A stretch of DNA of 57,870 nucleotides, taken from positions 1-57,870 of the forward strand of contig JAQGDQ010001165.1 of the NCBI GenBank assembly GCA_030141605.1, written 5' to 3'. Position numbers and translations under genes: made by a program. Shown piece after piece: positions 13,801 through 25,115 of this stretch. The DNA is from Tubiluchus corallicola. Its lineage: Eukaryota; Animalia; Priapulida. The notes under the pieces were generated by a model. That model saw nothing but the letters and a program-made list of their open reading frames with translations. It had not been told where the DNA came from and did no database searches. Positions within the stretch are counted from its first letter, which is position 1. Every line of letters begins with the position of its first letter.

Positions 13801-16289
13801 TATCAAGAAGAGTTTGCTCGTTTACATAATAAACGTGTCTTGTACTCAACTATATACATGCAATATGCTGTAGGCCTACTGCTCCATTAAACATGTATAT
13901 GTAAAAATTGTTAAGTCATAACTACAAATTTCTTGCTGGGATTTGCTTACACGATTCTCAGGAAACAAGCAAATACATGTTCCTTGTGGCGAAAAAAGAA
14001 CCGTGTTTCTTTGTCAATTGCTATTATGACTGCGTCTGGTCAGTTGTAAAGGATTCAGCCTCGTACAGTGGGCATAATATCAAGGTCATTGGTGTCGCTG
14101 GCAGTATTTCTCCATTGAACATTTGCCATGTATTAATTTGCCTGACAGATGGCAGGTAACGGGAGGCGGTATAACGGATTATTTGTTTATGCAGTTTAAT
14201 ACAGCCGTTTTGTTCCCAGTCATTTTACAGGTGGTAAACAATTGAGTGTAGAAGTCTAACGGGGGGGGGGGGGCAGTATAACAAGGTTTGGACTGTATAA
14301 GGAATAAAGAAAGAACAGTCATCAAACAGGTTTGGACATGGTGATAATGTCCAAATATCAATTCCAAGTAGTTTTGAGGTGCATTTCATATCCTGTAATC
14401 TTTTATAGAGATACCCGATATTATTATTATTATTTCTTAGTATTCTATATACATACGATGCAAACATAAAAACTAGAAATTGGTGCGGGTGTATTGAAAA
14501 ATAGCTTTACAGTTTGCGTTCAACGCCAGTTGCTTTTGCATATTAGCCTACTGATTCGCCTCAAAAAATTCTACATATAGCCATGTTTGTTGTGGTTTTT
14601 TTTTGTTAAAGTCCTAACCCGACAGGGGAACAAATTCTACTGCTGTAGTAATTTCTTCAGGATTTAAAATTGCAGATTTAGGTATTTTTTCGACGTCTTC
14701 GGTATGCAATTGAGTTTACATTGATGGTTGCTCATTTATTTGCAGCTTGTAGAGTCATGTATTTTCTGGACAGTGCAACACGTGACACTGCGCTTTCTCT
14801 AATCACACGATTAGACGAGAAACTGGAGGGTAGAACAAAGAAAGTGAGTTTGATTTGATTCATAGACAGAGAAAATTCAGCAAAATCTTTAAAAAATTTT
14901 AAAATGTTGATGGCTACAAATTCATTATGTGAAGTAATAGACTTTCTTTTCACTTTTATGATAAAAGTTATGGTTAGTCGTCAAATTGCTGAGCTACGTG
15001 TAGTTAATCTTGATTGATAACTGAGCCAAATCTTTCCTCTCTTCATTGTAATATAGTGTTGATAACTAAAGCAAATTTCTGACTGGCTGAGTAGAATAGT
15101 GCAGTTCACCTACTCATAATTGTTAATAATTAGGCCTTTTTCTTTATTCAATGGTAAATTTTCTCTTCTGTTGTACTAACTTTGTGAGATGTCAGGTGAA
15201 AACTAAATTAATTTTATTTCTAAAAAATTCCAAATCTTTGTTCACTTCCTTTATGAACGTGGATCAGCAGTTTTCAAGCAATGTACTGTTCTTAAATGAA
15301 GTCAGAGAGGTTTGAATTTTAAGCTGGAGAGGTAGGTACCAAACGAAAAAAACAAGTCACTCACTATGTTGGGTTTATTTTACTGTTAGCATTTAAACGT
15401 AGAAAAATATAACAAAGAAATGTGCAAAAAAACTGCCTGTAAAGCATAAATCTAAACTATTCTGCCTCTGAATATAAATTTTCAGGCTTGGTGGTTGCCT
15501 CCACTCACTTGAAAATCATGACGTAACTGGGAGACTTCGTAACTTTTCATAAGCACGTTGTGGCTTTCCGTGCGCGCTGCTTAAACTAATTCAAACTCCT
15601 GCATGCAATGTTCACGCAAAAATATTACAAAATGAGCTACTTAATTTTTTTGTAAAAACTTTATTATACTTTTGGTGAAGGTTGACAGTGCGCTACTTTT
15701 CTTTAAAACGAATGACGTCATTGGAAGAAGAATAGGCATTGAAAATAGGAGCCGTACCCAAACATGAAGTGATGGGAACTTTAAAATGATTTGACTAATT
15801 ACACTAGGCGCTTATTGCAGTTTCTTTTCTACGAAATCTTTCTAACACTTTTCATGAGCATTAAAATGATTGCGCCCAAGCATGAAGTGATCGCGACTTT
15901 AAAGTGATTTTACTAGTTACACTTGGTGCTTATCACACTTTTATTACTAAATCCTTTTTACAATTTTCACGAACACTGATACGTGCCCAACTTTCTAGAA
16001 AGCTTGGCATTTCTTTTAAGATGGTTAAGTTCTATTGGTGATTGTACACATTTGTTACAAATTTTTTTTTCTGGTTTTTCAGATGTGTGTTGAGATACTA
16101 GAAGTCCTGAAGTCTAAGGAGTTTGGTAATTGTGATGAACACCTCTCCGAATACATGGCGAACTGTCATAACCTCTTTCCTCAAATAACGGCATTTATGG
16201 TGCCCTCTGCATGCAACCATGTGAACAGTGTTTCGCCATTGCCGTATTTAGAAGAGCCAACCATCTCTGCTGAGGTGGATGCATCTTGA
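1842..16289 (+). CDS. NAA15: N-alpha-acetyltransferase 15/16, NatA auxiliary subunit (3' part, 10 exons; 5'-partial)
   Basis: Exons with AG/GT boundaries and consistent phase: join(1842..2014,3344..3496,5414..5542,6534..6747,8345..8535,10952..11060,11509..11607,13117..13263,14746..14843,16083..16289). Translation includes [101 protein letters not shown], the basic [13 protein letters not shown] helix and [12 protein letters not shown], all recognisable NAA15/Nat1 segments. TGA stop at 16287-16289; candidate AATAAA at 17101. Confidence 0.96.
2364..3023. mobile_element. piggyBac-like MITE
   Basis: TTAA-CTCCTTCAAGAC ... GTCCTGAAGGAG-TTGA: 12-bp TIR with one mismatch and TTAA-like flanks. Confidence 0.6.
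3460..4050 (+). repeat. 101-bp tandem repeat (~5.7 copies) spanning the NAA15 exon end and splice donor
   Basis: GAAGAAATGTG-like anchor at 3470, 3571, 3672, 3773, 3874 and 3975. The first copy is the coding exon end plus GTAAGT. Confidence 0.93.
4132..4240 (+). pseudogene. Decayed partial duplicate of NAA15 exon 5414-5542 end and adjacent intron
   Basis: 4154-4182 matches 5517-5545 at 25/29 and 4202-4239 matches 5553-5590 at 32/38 by manual alignment. Confidence 0.65.
4748..5381. mobile_element. Degenerate hAT-like MITE (AGGGGCGG...CCCCTG ends)
   Basis: GC-rich inverted termini TAGGGGCGGTTCCAG..GGGCGAT / ATCGCCC..CCCCCTG in AT-rich intron; TSD not evident. Confidence 0.4.
8692..9179. mobile_element. 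hAT-family MITE
   Basis: Perfect 16-bp TIR CAGGGGTGTGCAAATT, 8-bp TSD CTGTACAC (8684-91, 9180-87), subterminal GGCCCG motifs; second copy at 36262. Confidence 0.93.
10740..10914. repeat. Dispersed repeat fragment shared with 46028-46180
   Basis: TTGTGATGTCATCAATAGTTGG..CGCCC..CCGTTAATTAAG..TTTAATCTATTATTTAAT..CAGAAA occurs at both places, each followed by an end resembling ..CTTC(C/G)TTTAA. Confidence 0.6.
11999..12556 (+). mobile_element. Kolobok-like MITE (TTAA TSD, AGG..CCT termini)
   Basis: TTAA-AGGAAAACTGGACGATTG ... CAATCATATGATTTTCCT-TTAA; homologous copies at 41921-42455 (inverted) and 47873-48187 (internally deleted). Confidence 0.75.
12971..13024 (+). ncRNA. Minimal type I hammerhead ribozyme motif (Penelope-like element type)
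   Basis: CCA-CTGATGA-T-GAC[agcagcagcta]GTC-GAAAC-GTT-TGG. Complete CUGAUGA and GAAA core, stem II GAC/GTC, loopless palindromic stem III (ACGT), GUU cleavage triplet, stem I CCA/TGG extended by AAAT/ATTT. Confidence 0.7.
13572..14295. mobile_element. pogo/Tigger-like (Tc1-mariner) MITE
   Basis: TA-CAGTCAAACCTCTTTATAC ... GTATAACAAGGTTTGGACTG-TA; imperfect TIR with TA flanks. Confidence 0.7.
15335..15988 (+). mobile_element. Dispersed non-autonomous repeat, homologous to 48272-48920
   Basis: Long collinear similarity (ACAAGTCACTCA..GGGTTTATTTTACTGTTA..AAACTAATTCAAACT..GAATGACGTCATTGG). Termini resemble AGGAACGTATCAC / GATACGTGCC. Confidence 0.75.
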
Positions 16290-19165
16290 TGTACCTCGTT
16301 TTACTAGTGAAAGTAACGAAGCCTCTGGTCGTCGACACACTGAGCTAAATTGTGCCTAGTGAATTTGATAAAGTTATTTATGAATTTACGTGTCGGCTCC
16401 ACGGGGCGCGTTTGTGTGATTAAACATTCTACTAACGGAAACTGCACTACAATGCAATTATAGCAGATGCCGTTTACTTCCAAGCTTGTGTGGATTAAGC
16501 TTTGTAAAAGCTATGTTGTAAACTCTCTAAGTGATGTTGCAGGAATTTATGCAGAGTGCTGGTTCGCTGCTCAACATGTGAGCGACAAACAGTGACGATG
16601 CTGCGGACGGCCGAGTTTTCATTATTTTATAATTTAATATTCTATTAAGTTAACGTAGCTGTTCGGGATAATTTCGCAGAAAGTTCAAACGGTGTTCCGA
16701 GGTACCCCACCCCGCCCCTGAATTTGTGCGACTGTGATCTATGCAACTGTATGAATTAAGTTATGCATTTCTTAATCTACACTGATATGCTTTCATCGAC
16801 CTTCATTAATGCCTCTTTAAAGAGGTATTTATGAGGAAACTGCTACTGTGTCCATCTAACCATAACTGTGGAAAAACGAGGGCTGCATTTGATGAGAAAT
16901 TGCAAGTGAAATTACAGTTTGGCATTGAAAAAATTGTTGACATTTGTGCATTCATTGATTTATACTAAGATGTGTATGACGTTATGTAGTGTTTTGCTAG
17001 TTTTACCTTTGAAATAAGTAAATTTGTTTGATAATTTGATGACAAAATGGGTGCATGTTTTTTGTTTACATATGTGTACAGCCACTGTATAGACTATTTC
17101 AATAAAAGTCGTACAGTCCTTGTATTTTGAGATTTTGTCTGATTTAAGTTTCCTTTTGTAACTGCACTAAAAAACTCCGTGGCTTTCACAAACAGCAAGT
17201 TGGTGGCACAACGGTCTAGTAAACGTTTTCAGAGTTTTGTTATGTGCGCACACAGCTTAGAGCTTTAGATGGAAGGTATTTAATCGACCAACAGTGTGTT
17301 TCATCTGGAGAGGCCGTTGAAATTTCAGTAGAAGATGTAAAACAGGTTTTGGGATCGGACACAAAGTATTAAGTTGCTGCTTTCACACTTGTAAAGCCAT
17401 CACAGGCCACAAGTTTTCATCACGTTACATGGATCCGCTCCGTACATTGTTGAAGTTTATTTCATCCTAATGTAGGCTTATGTTAAAATAGACATCTGTG
17501 GTCTGCCCCATTTACTGTTGTTATGGTCCAATTGACTTCGTGCTTCCAATTGGATTCATAGAGAGTTTAGTAACCAACAGCAGCAGTTAAGCTCTGGGTT
17601 AATCGCTTGTGAAAACTCTACAAGAAGGTTTGTTTCGTCACAGTGTGGTTCTTGTCATCCATGTACATTTAAGTTTTTAATCTTGTGATATAATAAAGTT
17701 ACTCTGTTCCATGATAATGGTCTTTTAAAAGACATACACATTTACTGTTGCGCTCGACTAGAAAAAACAATTAAGCAAATAACCTAATGCTGCATATTCA
17801 GGACTAAATTTACTTGTTTTGTAAATGTACTGTGAATGTAATCTCCGAAACACCAGAAGCACATAATTTGTTCATGACGACACGAATATAATACAACCTT
17901 CGATGTTTTCATGATCACAAGTATAAATTCCTGGAACTCTGAAGTGAAAATAAAACCTACAGCTTTTCCTATTAGTGATCATTACCATGTATCTGTTGTC
18001 ATCATGCTGGCACTTAATCCCCTCAATGTTATAATGATACCGAGTGAACCTTACATAGTTTCACGAGGAATTGAAAAATTGTCAACACACCAGCAGTTGT
18101 AGCTAAGTCTAATTTTATTTTACAGGAGGACTTAATACACTTCACCGTACCATTGGTCACAGAAATTGTACATCTTGAGACCACAATCCAAATCCAAAAC
18201 GTGACATGCGAATGAAGTGATACAAATTACAAACACAAAATTTAGTAATAGTAGAATACAATGATAAGTCATGCAAATTTTTTGTTTTGATGTAAACCAT
18301 TATCTACCGTACTTGTCAGATGTACTAGCAGTCTTATAATTTATGTTTTGATGACAAATGCTTGGTATATGCAGTACATGCACCCAAAACTAGTACCACT
18401 TTTGAAGTAGACACTGGCTTACAATAAGTAACATACATTTCACTGTACACAAACTAGCACAAACACTGACTGAATAGACCATACTACTATTAGATAAACT
18501 GGGTATATATTAAGTTAGAACAGGTTAAGATTTCGTTGATCCCTTTGTAGTCGATTTACATAGTTAAAACGAATACGATAAACAAAACACATCAGCTACA
18601 CAGCGTACACACTAACATGACATTCACAAACTAGCGGCAAACGATAATGTGTGCCTAGAGAATAAAATCAAGCATGAAATGCTGGCATATTTAATTAGAA
18701 GACTGAAGACTTATTTAAAAGATCAAAACTGCCAAATTTTACAGATCAGCCGTAACCTAAATTCCAAAATGAAGAATGATGAACACCAAGCTGATCAAGT
18801 CCAAATCTGATACCATAATCGACGAAAACAAATTTCCTTAGTCTCAGCCATAACAGCGAGAAAGATAATATACGCCTGGACACAGTAACTGTCTAAAATC
18901 AAATCAGTAAATGCACACAAATATGAAGAGTAAAAGACGTAATCAATAATATTATAACACAACGAACATTCTGAGAGTGAGCTACAATGAAGTATCAGAT
19001 CAGTAAAAACTTCCTCAAAATTATCCAATGGCAGTGATATTTCTTATCAAGACCGGTATATGTACAGACACAGTTGCAGACGGAGGCAAATGCAAGAGTA
19101 AACTGTTCACAATAATCACACTCTCCGTTTAACTATATACAAACGCGAACACTGAGGCATTCCTT

Positions 19166-19764
<599 letters not shown>

Positions 19765-20315
19765 CTACACTAACCTGTAATAAAAACAAAAAATTGGGTG
19801 ACTCACTAATATTTTACAAAACGAAAAACAAGTCAGTAATGTTTACTGTCACTGGTAACGAAAAGCATCTTGAGTCCACAGTCTTTCTGAAAGTACTTGT
19901 TAATTTTATTAAACGAGTCTTACATTCACCGGTTTTAACAACAAAGTTAATCTCAACGTTAAAGCCGAATGAACTTGGCACCACTACGCGCCCGAGAAAC
20001 GTACACGAACCGCGAAGTGCGCATGTGCAGTAGTAAACGGATATCGATCCAAGATGGCAGCCTCTTTGTGTAACCGCTGCAAAAAATTTTTAGCACCACG
20101 AAAACAACTTTTACAAAATATTCGAAATATACGCAACTAATAATAACTTTTTATGCACAAATAGATGCTATAAAGTACAAGGAACGCGCTGATAGTTTTT
20201 GCACACACCGTACTTTTAAAATAAGGAGTAAATTTACCTTTAAAATTCTCCAAGAAAATCGTTTCCGAGCGTTATTCGATTTCGCTGTAATTTTGGCGAA
20301 CAATTTTCAGATGCG

Positions 20316-20495
20316 CTTATATAGTGACCCAGCTGCGTGACCTATGACGTAGCGCGCGTCAAGCAATTTTATTGGCTATTAACCTAGCAATACTATTGGT
20401 TCAAAAATTTGTCGGAAAACGCATCTTCGAATATGATTGGGTGCCACTACTGAATTATTATTGGTTAAAACTTTGTCAACCTTAATCCGGAAGTG
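20316..20495 (-). promoter_or_regulatory. H3.3 proximal promoter: TATA box, CRE-like site, four CCAAT boxes, ETS site
   Basis: CTATATAAG on - strand (20316-20324) just upstream of the putative non-coding exon 1. TGACGT at 20345-20350. ATTGG (CCAAT on -) at 20371, 20395, 20436, 20460. CCGGAAGTG at 20487-20495. Confidence 0.7.
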
Positions 20496-21490
20496 TGAAG
20501 CAGAAAGCGAATTTTGTTTTAAGTGAAACGATAAGCGTAGGGCTTAATGCAGTAAAAAATGTGAAAAAATTGTCTGTTTATTGACTATATCGCCGACCTA
20601 TCGTTCATTTTCTTTTTTTAGTACAAATAATGCTATAAAAATCATGACGCAAATTTGAATCTTCAAACGGCTTAGCCTCTTCGACTACAGTAACAATTTT
20701 TAGAATTACAAAGTTATAATAAAAACAAAAAAGCAGTCGCAATTATGTCAACGCACGATGCGTAGTATCCAGGTACTGACAATATAATTTAAATCATAAT
20801 ATTTATGCAATAATTTTTTAAGGGCGTTTAATTCATTATTCATTTGTTGTTGCTATTATAGTTGGTTGTAAACTTTAAAATAAAGGATCATGATAATCCA
20901 GATGGGCTCGTAAACTCAGTTGAAGTATATGATTAGAATAGAATGGACCAGAGTTATGGTAGTCAAGTATTACTTAACCTTTATAGACTAGCAAAAGGTT
21001 AAAGCCATAAAGTATAGGTATTTTATTCGGCTATCTATATTGTTATAATTGTGTTGGTATGTGTTAAAGTTTATTAATGAGAACTGATAATTATAGAGAT
21101 CCTTGCAACTTCAGCTGTACATGCAAATATGTCCCATGCAACTCAACACATTTGCGCATGATTTATAATGAACATTGTAACAGTTCTATTAACTATTGTG
21201 CTGATTATTATTGATCTTGTTTTTAAAGCTTCTCGTTAATCCCTTTACTCTCACTTTTTTCCCTTTTTCCTTGTTATATCGCGTTTTCAGCCATGTTGTA
21301 ATTTAATTGTCCTTGCCTTTAATTATAATGTTGTTGCTACTGTTGTTCCTACAACAGAGCCCTCCTAACTGAAACAGCAGTTGTTTTTGTTGTAATCGTT
21401 TTTGTTTTCCTACTTATCTTGTTCTTCTTCGTCTTAAAATTGTTACTCATCCGTCCTCCGTACTTATAATAATTATTATTATAGTATACA

Positions 21491-21696
21491 CTTCCGTTAC
21501 GTAGAACTGTTTCTACAGAACGCTTGCATGGTACAGTATGCAAGGCGTCTGCTGCGTAACCCGCGCTGGCAATGAGCCAAGTATGTACAGTCTCCTGCTT
21601 ACTCATGCTGTAAAGGTTATACCACTCAGACTCGCTTGATTCCCAGTCAATCCCAGAGCTAGCAGACATCAAAGTAAATCTTCGCCGTAACAGGAG
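21491..21696. other. ~200-bp fold-back element (solo-LTR-like or structured RNA) upstream of MSRB1
   Basis: Ends CGTTACG...CGTAACA, several nested inverted repeats, higher GC than flanks; no TSD found. Confidence 0.35.
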
Positions 21697-21831
21697 GTAA
21701 TAACAGCGTTTGTGCCGCTCTCACTTGTTGATGGTGTTTTAGTAAACAGAAATATTGTGAAAAGGCGGTTTTATGAAAACTGTTTTAGGAACAGCTGACG
21801 TGTAGAAATTACCTGGGACTGTTGTGTTGCC

Positions 21832-23781
21832 ATGGCAAGTTGCTCTTTCTTCGGCTCAGAGCAATATCGGGATCATTGGAATAAAGGTGTGTCAGATACT
21901 TAATTGCATAAGTTTTGGAGTAATTAGGATAACGTAATTTAATTTACATTATGGCAACGTAGATACGTAGTAAAACATGAAACGTAAGAACTTTATTTCA
22001 CACATAATCATGATTTACAGCATGTAGTCAGTTGATGAATAAATATTTAAATAGTGTGGGGAAAGGGAACGACCGTACGGTCTTTTGCTCCCTTCCCCTG
22101 CATAAAGTGAAATAAATATTTTTAATTAGCATTGTAAACTATAATAAAGTTATTTTGCTAGACAATATAATAGTGATGATTTTTAATTTGTTTTTTCTCA
22201 ATTCCTGCTTTAATTAAATTTTAGATAAGATACGTAGTATAATTTTATAGTATAGTTTCTGTTTCGTTTATTTACTGAAAACTATTTCATTTAAAATATT
22301 ATCAGTCAAAATTATTTATAAAGAGATAAAGCAGAGAAATAGTTAAAATATTATAATGATGCAATACTTGATTAGTAATAGAAACACAGCGATAGTAAAC
22401 GGTTAATGGGCCTAATCAGTCAACCAGTTATACCAAATCAAAATAAAAAGCAAATAAAATATAGGAACAGTACAGTCTTCTTACCAATTAACATGTAATA
22501 ATTTAATCTAATACTGATTTCAGCTCTGCTCCATTTAAAACATTGAAATCATTGAAGGCAGTGGTAAAATATGGAAAAAATTTTGAAGATAAAACTGACA
22601 ATTGCTCTTAGTAACCAGTGAATATAAGAAAATAAAATTTCTTTTTGTATTTAAAAGGAGTAATTCAAAAAATGAAGCGCTGTTAGGACAAGTATTATAT
22701 ATCCTAAGCACTGTTAGGACAAGTATTATATATCCTAAGCACTGTTAGGTGAAGTACAATATAGATAATATAGGTATAACTCACCATGCTATTTAGTACC
22801 TCTGCATAAGTTTTAAAGTATTTTTCAGGTGTCTATGAGTGTGCCAAGTGTGGACATGAATTGTTCTCTAGTCAACAGAAGTTTGAACACTCCTCTCCTT
22901 GGCCAGCATTTAGTCATCCGGTCAGCGAAAACAGTATTTTCAAAGAGTTTGAGTCAGAAGGGGCATGGAAGGTAAGATAATTATTAATCAATGACTCATC
23001 TTTACAAAACTTACAGAATGATATAAAACCCTGGTGGTGCTCTGCGGCACTGCACATTGTTATAAACAGTGTATGCCTATGCCAAGCTCCATACCTGAGC
23101 TCAAAACTTTGTTGAAAGACATGATCACAAGTGTTGTTTAGACACTTGTAAAGTGGCAAAGTCAAATTAAGATCCCAACGATGTAACAAACATAAGCATG
23201 TGATTTATTCTGCTGTCTAGTCAATTAGAACCTAATGTGTTTGTTGGTCTTAGTTATCTGAGAATGGCTACAAGGATAACTGAAACCTCCAGAATAAATA
23301 TCGCTTTTAGGTTTAATACATTATTAGTGAGTTAAAATGTTGTTTATATTTCTTTTCTCTCAGCGTGCATTCACACGAGTTTTCTCTACCAAGTAACTTG
23401 CAAGCATGTTCAGATTAGAGAGCAAAACTTACTGCGAGTTACTCTATGACAGTAAATGCGAGCTGACACTCACTTCGAGAAGTGTCGAAAGTAACTCACT
23501 GCTCAAGTTGTTCATGTTAATCAGTAAATCAACTCGCACCAGCTTCATACTTGGCGTACTGCATATATTTTTCAAATAAGTAAACACATTCCAAACAAAT
23601 AAATAAGTATAATCACGTGTATGCATACTATAAATGCTGAGTGATTTTTCAGGTAAGATGTGGCAATTGTCGGGAGGGTTTGGGCCACGAGTTCATTGGC
23701 GATTATGCAGGAAATCCATCAGGAAAATCAAGATTTTGAATTTTCTCACACACACTCAAGTTCAGGCCTGCCAAAAAATAG
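21832..23781 (+). CDS. MSRB1: Methionine-R-sulfoxide reductase B1 (selenoprotein R/X), 108 aa, Sec encoded by TGA at 23737-23739
   Basis: join(21832..21886,22829..22971,23653..23781). Translation: MASCSFFGSEQYRDHWNKGVYECAKCGHELFSSQQKFEHSSPWPAFSHPVSENSIFKEFESEGAWKVRCGNCREGLGHEFIGDYAGNPSGKSRF-U-IFSHTLKFRPAKK*. Two Zn-binding CxxC motifs, SSPWPAF and GLGHEF motifs, Cys4. Homology continues past the TGA (IFSxxLKF) to TAG at 23779-23781. SECIS found downstream. Confidence 0.95.
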
Positions 23782-24777
23782 GTGAGAGTGGGTTTCACTA
23801 ATTGTTATTCGTGTTCTTGATCATTAGCATAGGCTTATATGCATGTACATTTGTAAAGTATGTAAATGTAAATTCTGTTGTAAGATGTAGTATTAAAATG
23901 TAAGATTGATACAGAGAAATTTCACACTGAAATCTTATGCTGCCCACAAGTGGCTCAAATGCATATTTTTACAATACCACTTCAAAGTGGTGTAGGCTAT
24001 GAATAATCGTCCTGTTTTCTTTTAAAAAGTTTCAAATGTGTGGAAAAACAACATTTACAGCATTAGCGAAGAGTTTCTTTTTACAGCATAACAGTTATGC
24101 ATGAGATTGTTTGTTGTCTTCCTGTGAAAAAACATTAAATTTTATAGAAATCATAATCCTGGAAATTGTTAAAATAAACAGTGCTAGACAACTTTGAACA
24201 TAAAGTGGATCAGAACAAAATTCTCGTATCAACGTAATGGATGCACATTTTTGCCAAAGAAGGAATTTTAATCAGAGGACTTTCAGTCTTTCAGACAGTT
24301 TAAGTTTATTTGTGCATAAATATGGACATTAAAAACAATTAAAGTTCAAAATTAATGGAAGATTTATTATGCATGGACAACTCAAATGGAAAATTAGTTT
24401 TTATTAATTTACGTAGGGTAATAAGACGATTAAGATGTTAATATACTTATTTTCGGCTATTAAATAAAGCATTTTTTGGGCGTCAGATCAAGTTATGAAA
24501 AAGTTTATGATCCACTGAAAATTTCATCAGTTAAAAGAAATTTACTTTTGTAAATTGTTTTTAATCTGGTAAAAAATTATTTAGATTGCTATAGGAAATG
24601 AGAAAGGAATTGTATGAGCTAGGATTATGAACCGCTAGTGTATCAGGAATGATCTTTTCTTTTTAGGCGGTACTGCCATCTAGCGACAGTTACGAGAAAT
24701 GTGTGTAGAACTCGTTTTTGGACGTGATAATTGCGACAGGTATCTTTATTATGAACTCGCCAAATCAGTATTTTGAT

Positions 24778-24850
24778 ATTGTGACTTTATGAATCTGATC
24801 AGCCAGAACCCGGAAACATGGGAAGCCGATTAGAAGATTTGATTCACAAT
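24778..24850 (+). promoter_or_regulatory. SECIS element (type II) in MSRB1 3'-UTR exon
   Basis: Helix I ATTGTGA(24778-84)/TCACAAT(24844-50). Core ATGAA(24789-93)...AGAT(24835-38). Helix II TCTGATCAGC/GCCGATTAGA (9 of 10 pairs incl. G-U). Unpaired AA at 24807-08, then a CCC/GGG apical mini-stem. Acceptor CTTTTCTTTTTAG ends at 24666; AATAAA at 24891. Confidence 0.92.
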
Positions 24851-25115
24851 TTTAAGTTGTCTTCCTGTTTTTTGTTTAATTTATTTTTTTAATAAACTTT
24901 TATCAAAATAATTTGCGTTGCTTACAGTGTTTACGCAATACACACAGATTTACAACTAGCAGTCTTGCTATTATTAGTTTTTATATTGCCAAATAAAATA
25001 AACCTCCGTCTTAGATTAAGGCCCATGGACCACGTTACTTGCGTCAATCTGTAATCTACGTAATCTAGGTAATTATTAATAACAGCTTTTGGAAAATTTG
25101 AGGAGATGCCCATAT

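Noticed and set aside
21621-21835. U3 snoRNA or RNase MRP/P RNA on the - strand (GTCTGAGTGGT and GGCTCATT..CAGCGCGG resemble their 3' ends)
   Set aside because: Boxes C', B and C of U3 and the GGAA CR-I motif and spacing of MRP/P are not present; the resemblance is limited to short words.
23737-23739. MSRB1 as a pseudogene with a premature stop
   Set aside because: The TGA falls exactly at the known Sec position, the frame and splice sites are intact, and a SECIS is present.
24627-24786. Additional SECIS candidates at ATGAA 24627 and 24751
   Set aside because: Neither forms a proper helix II closed by a correctly placed GA; the first also spans the splice acceptor.
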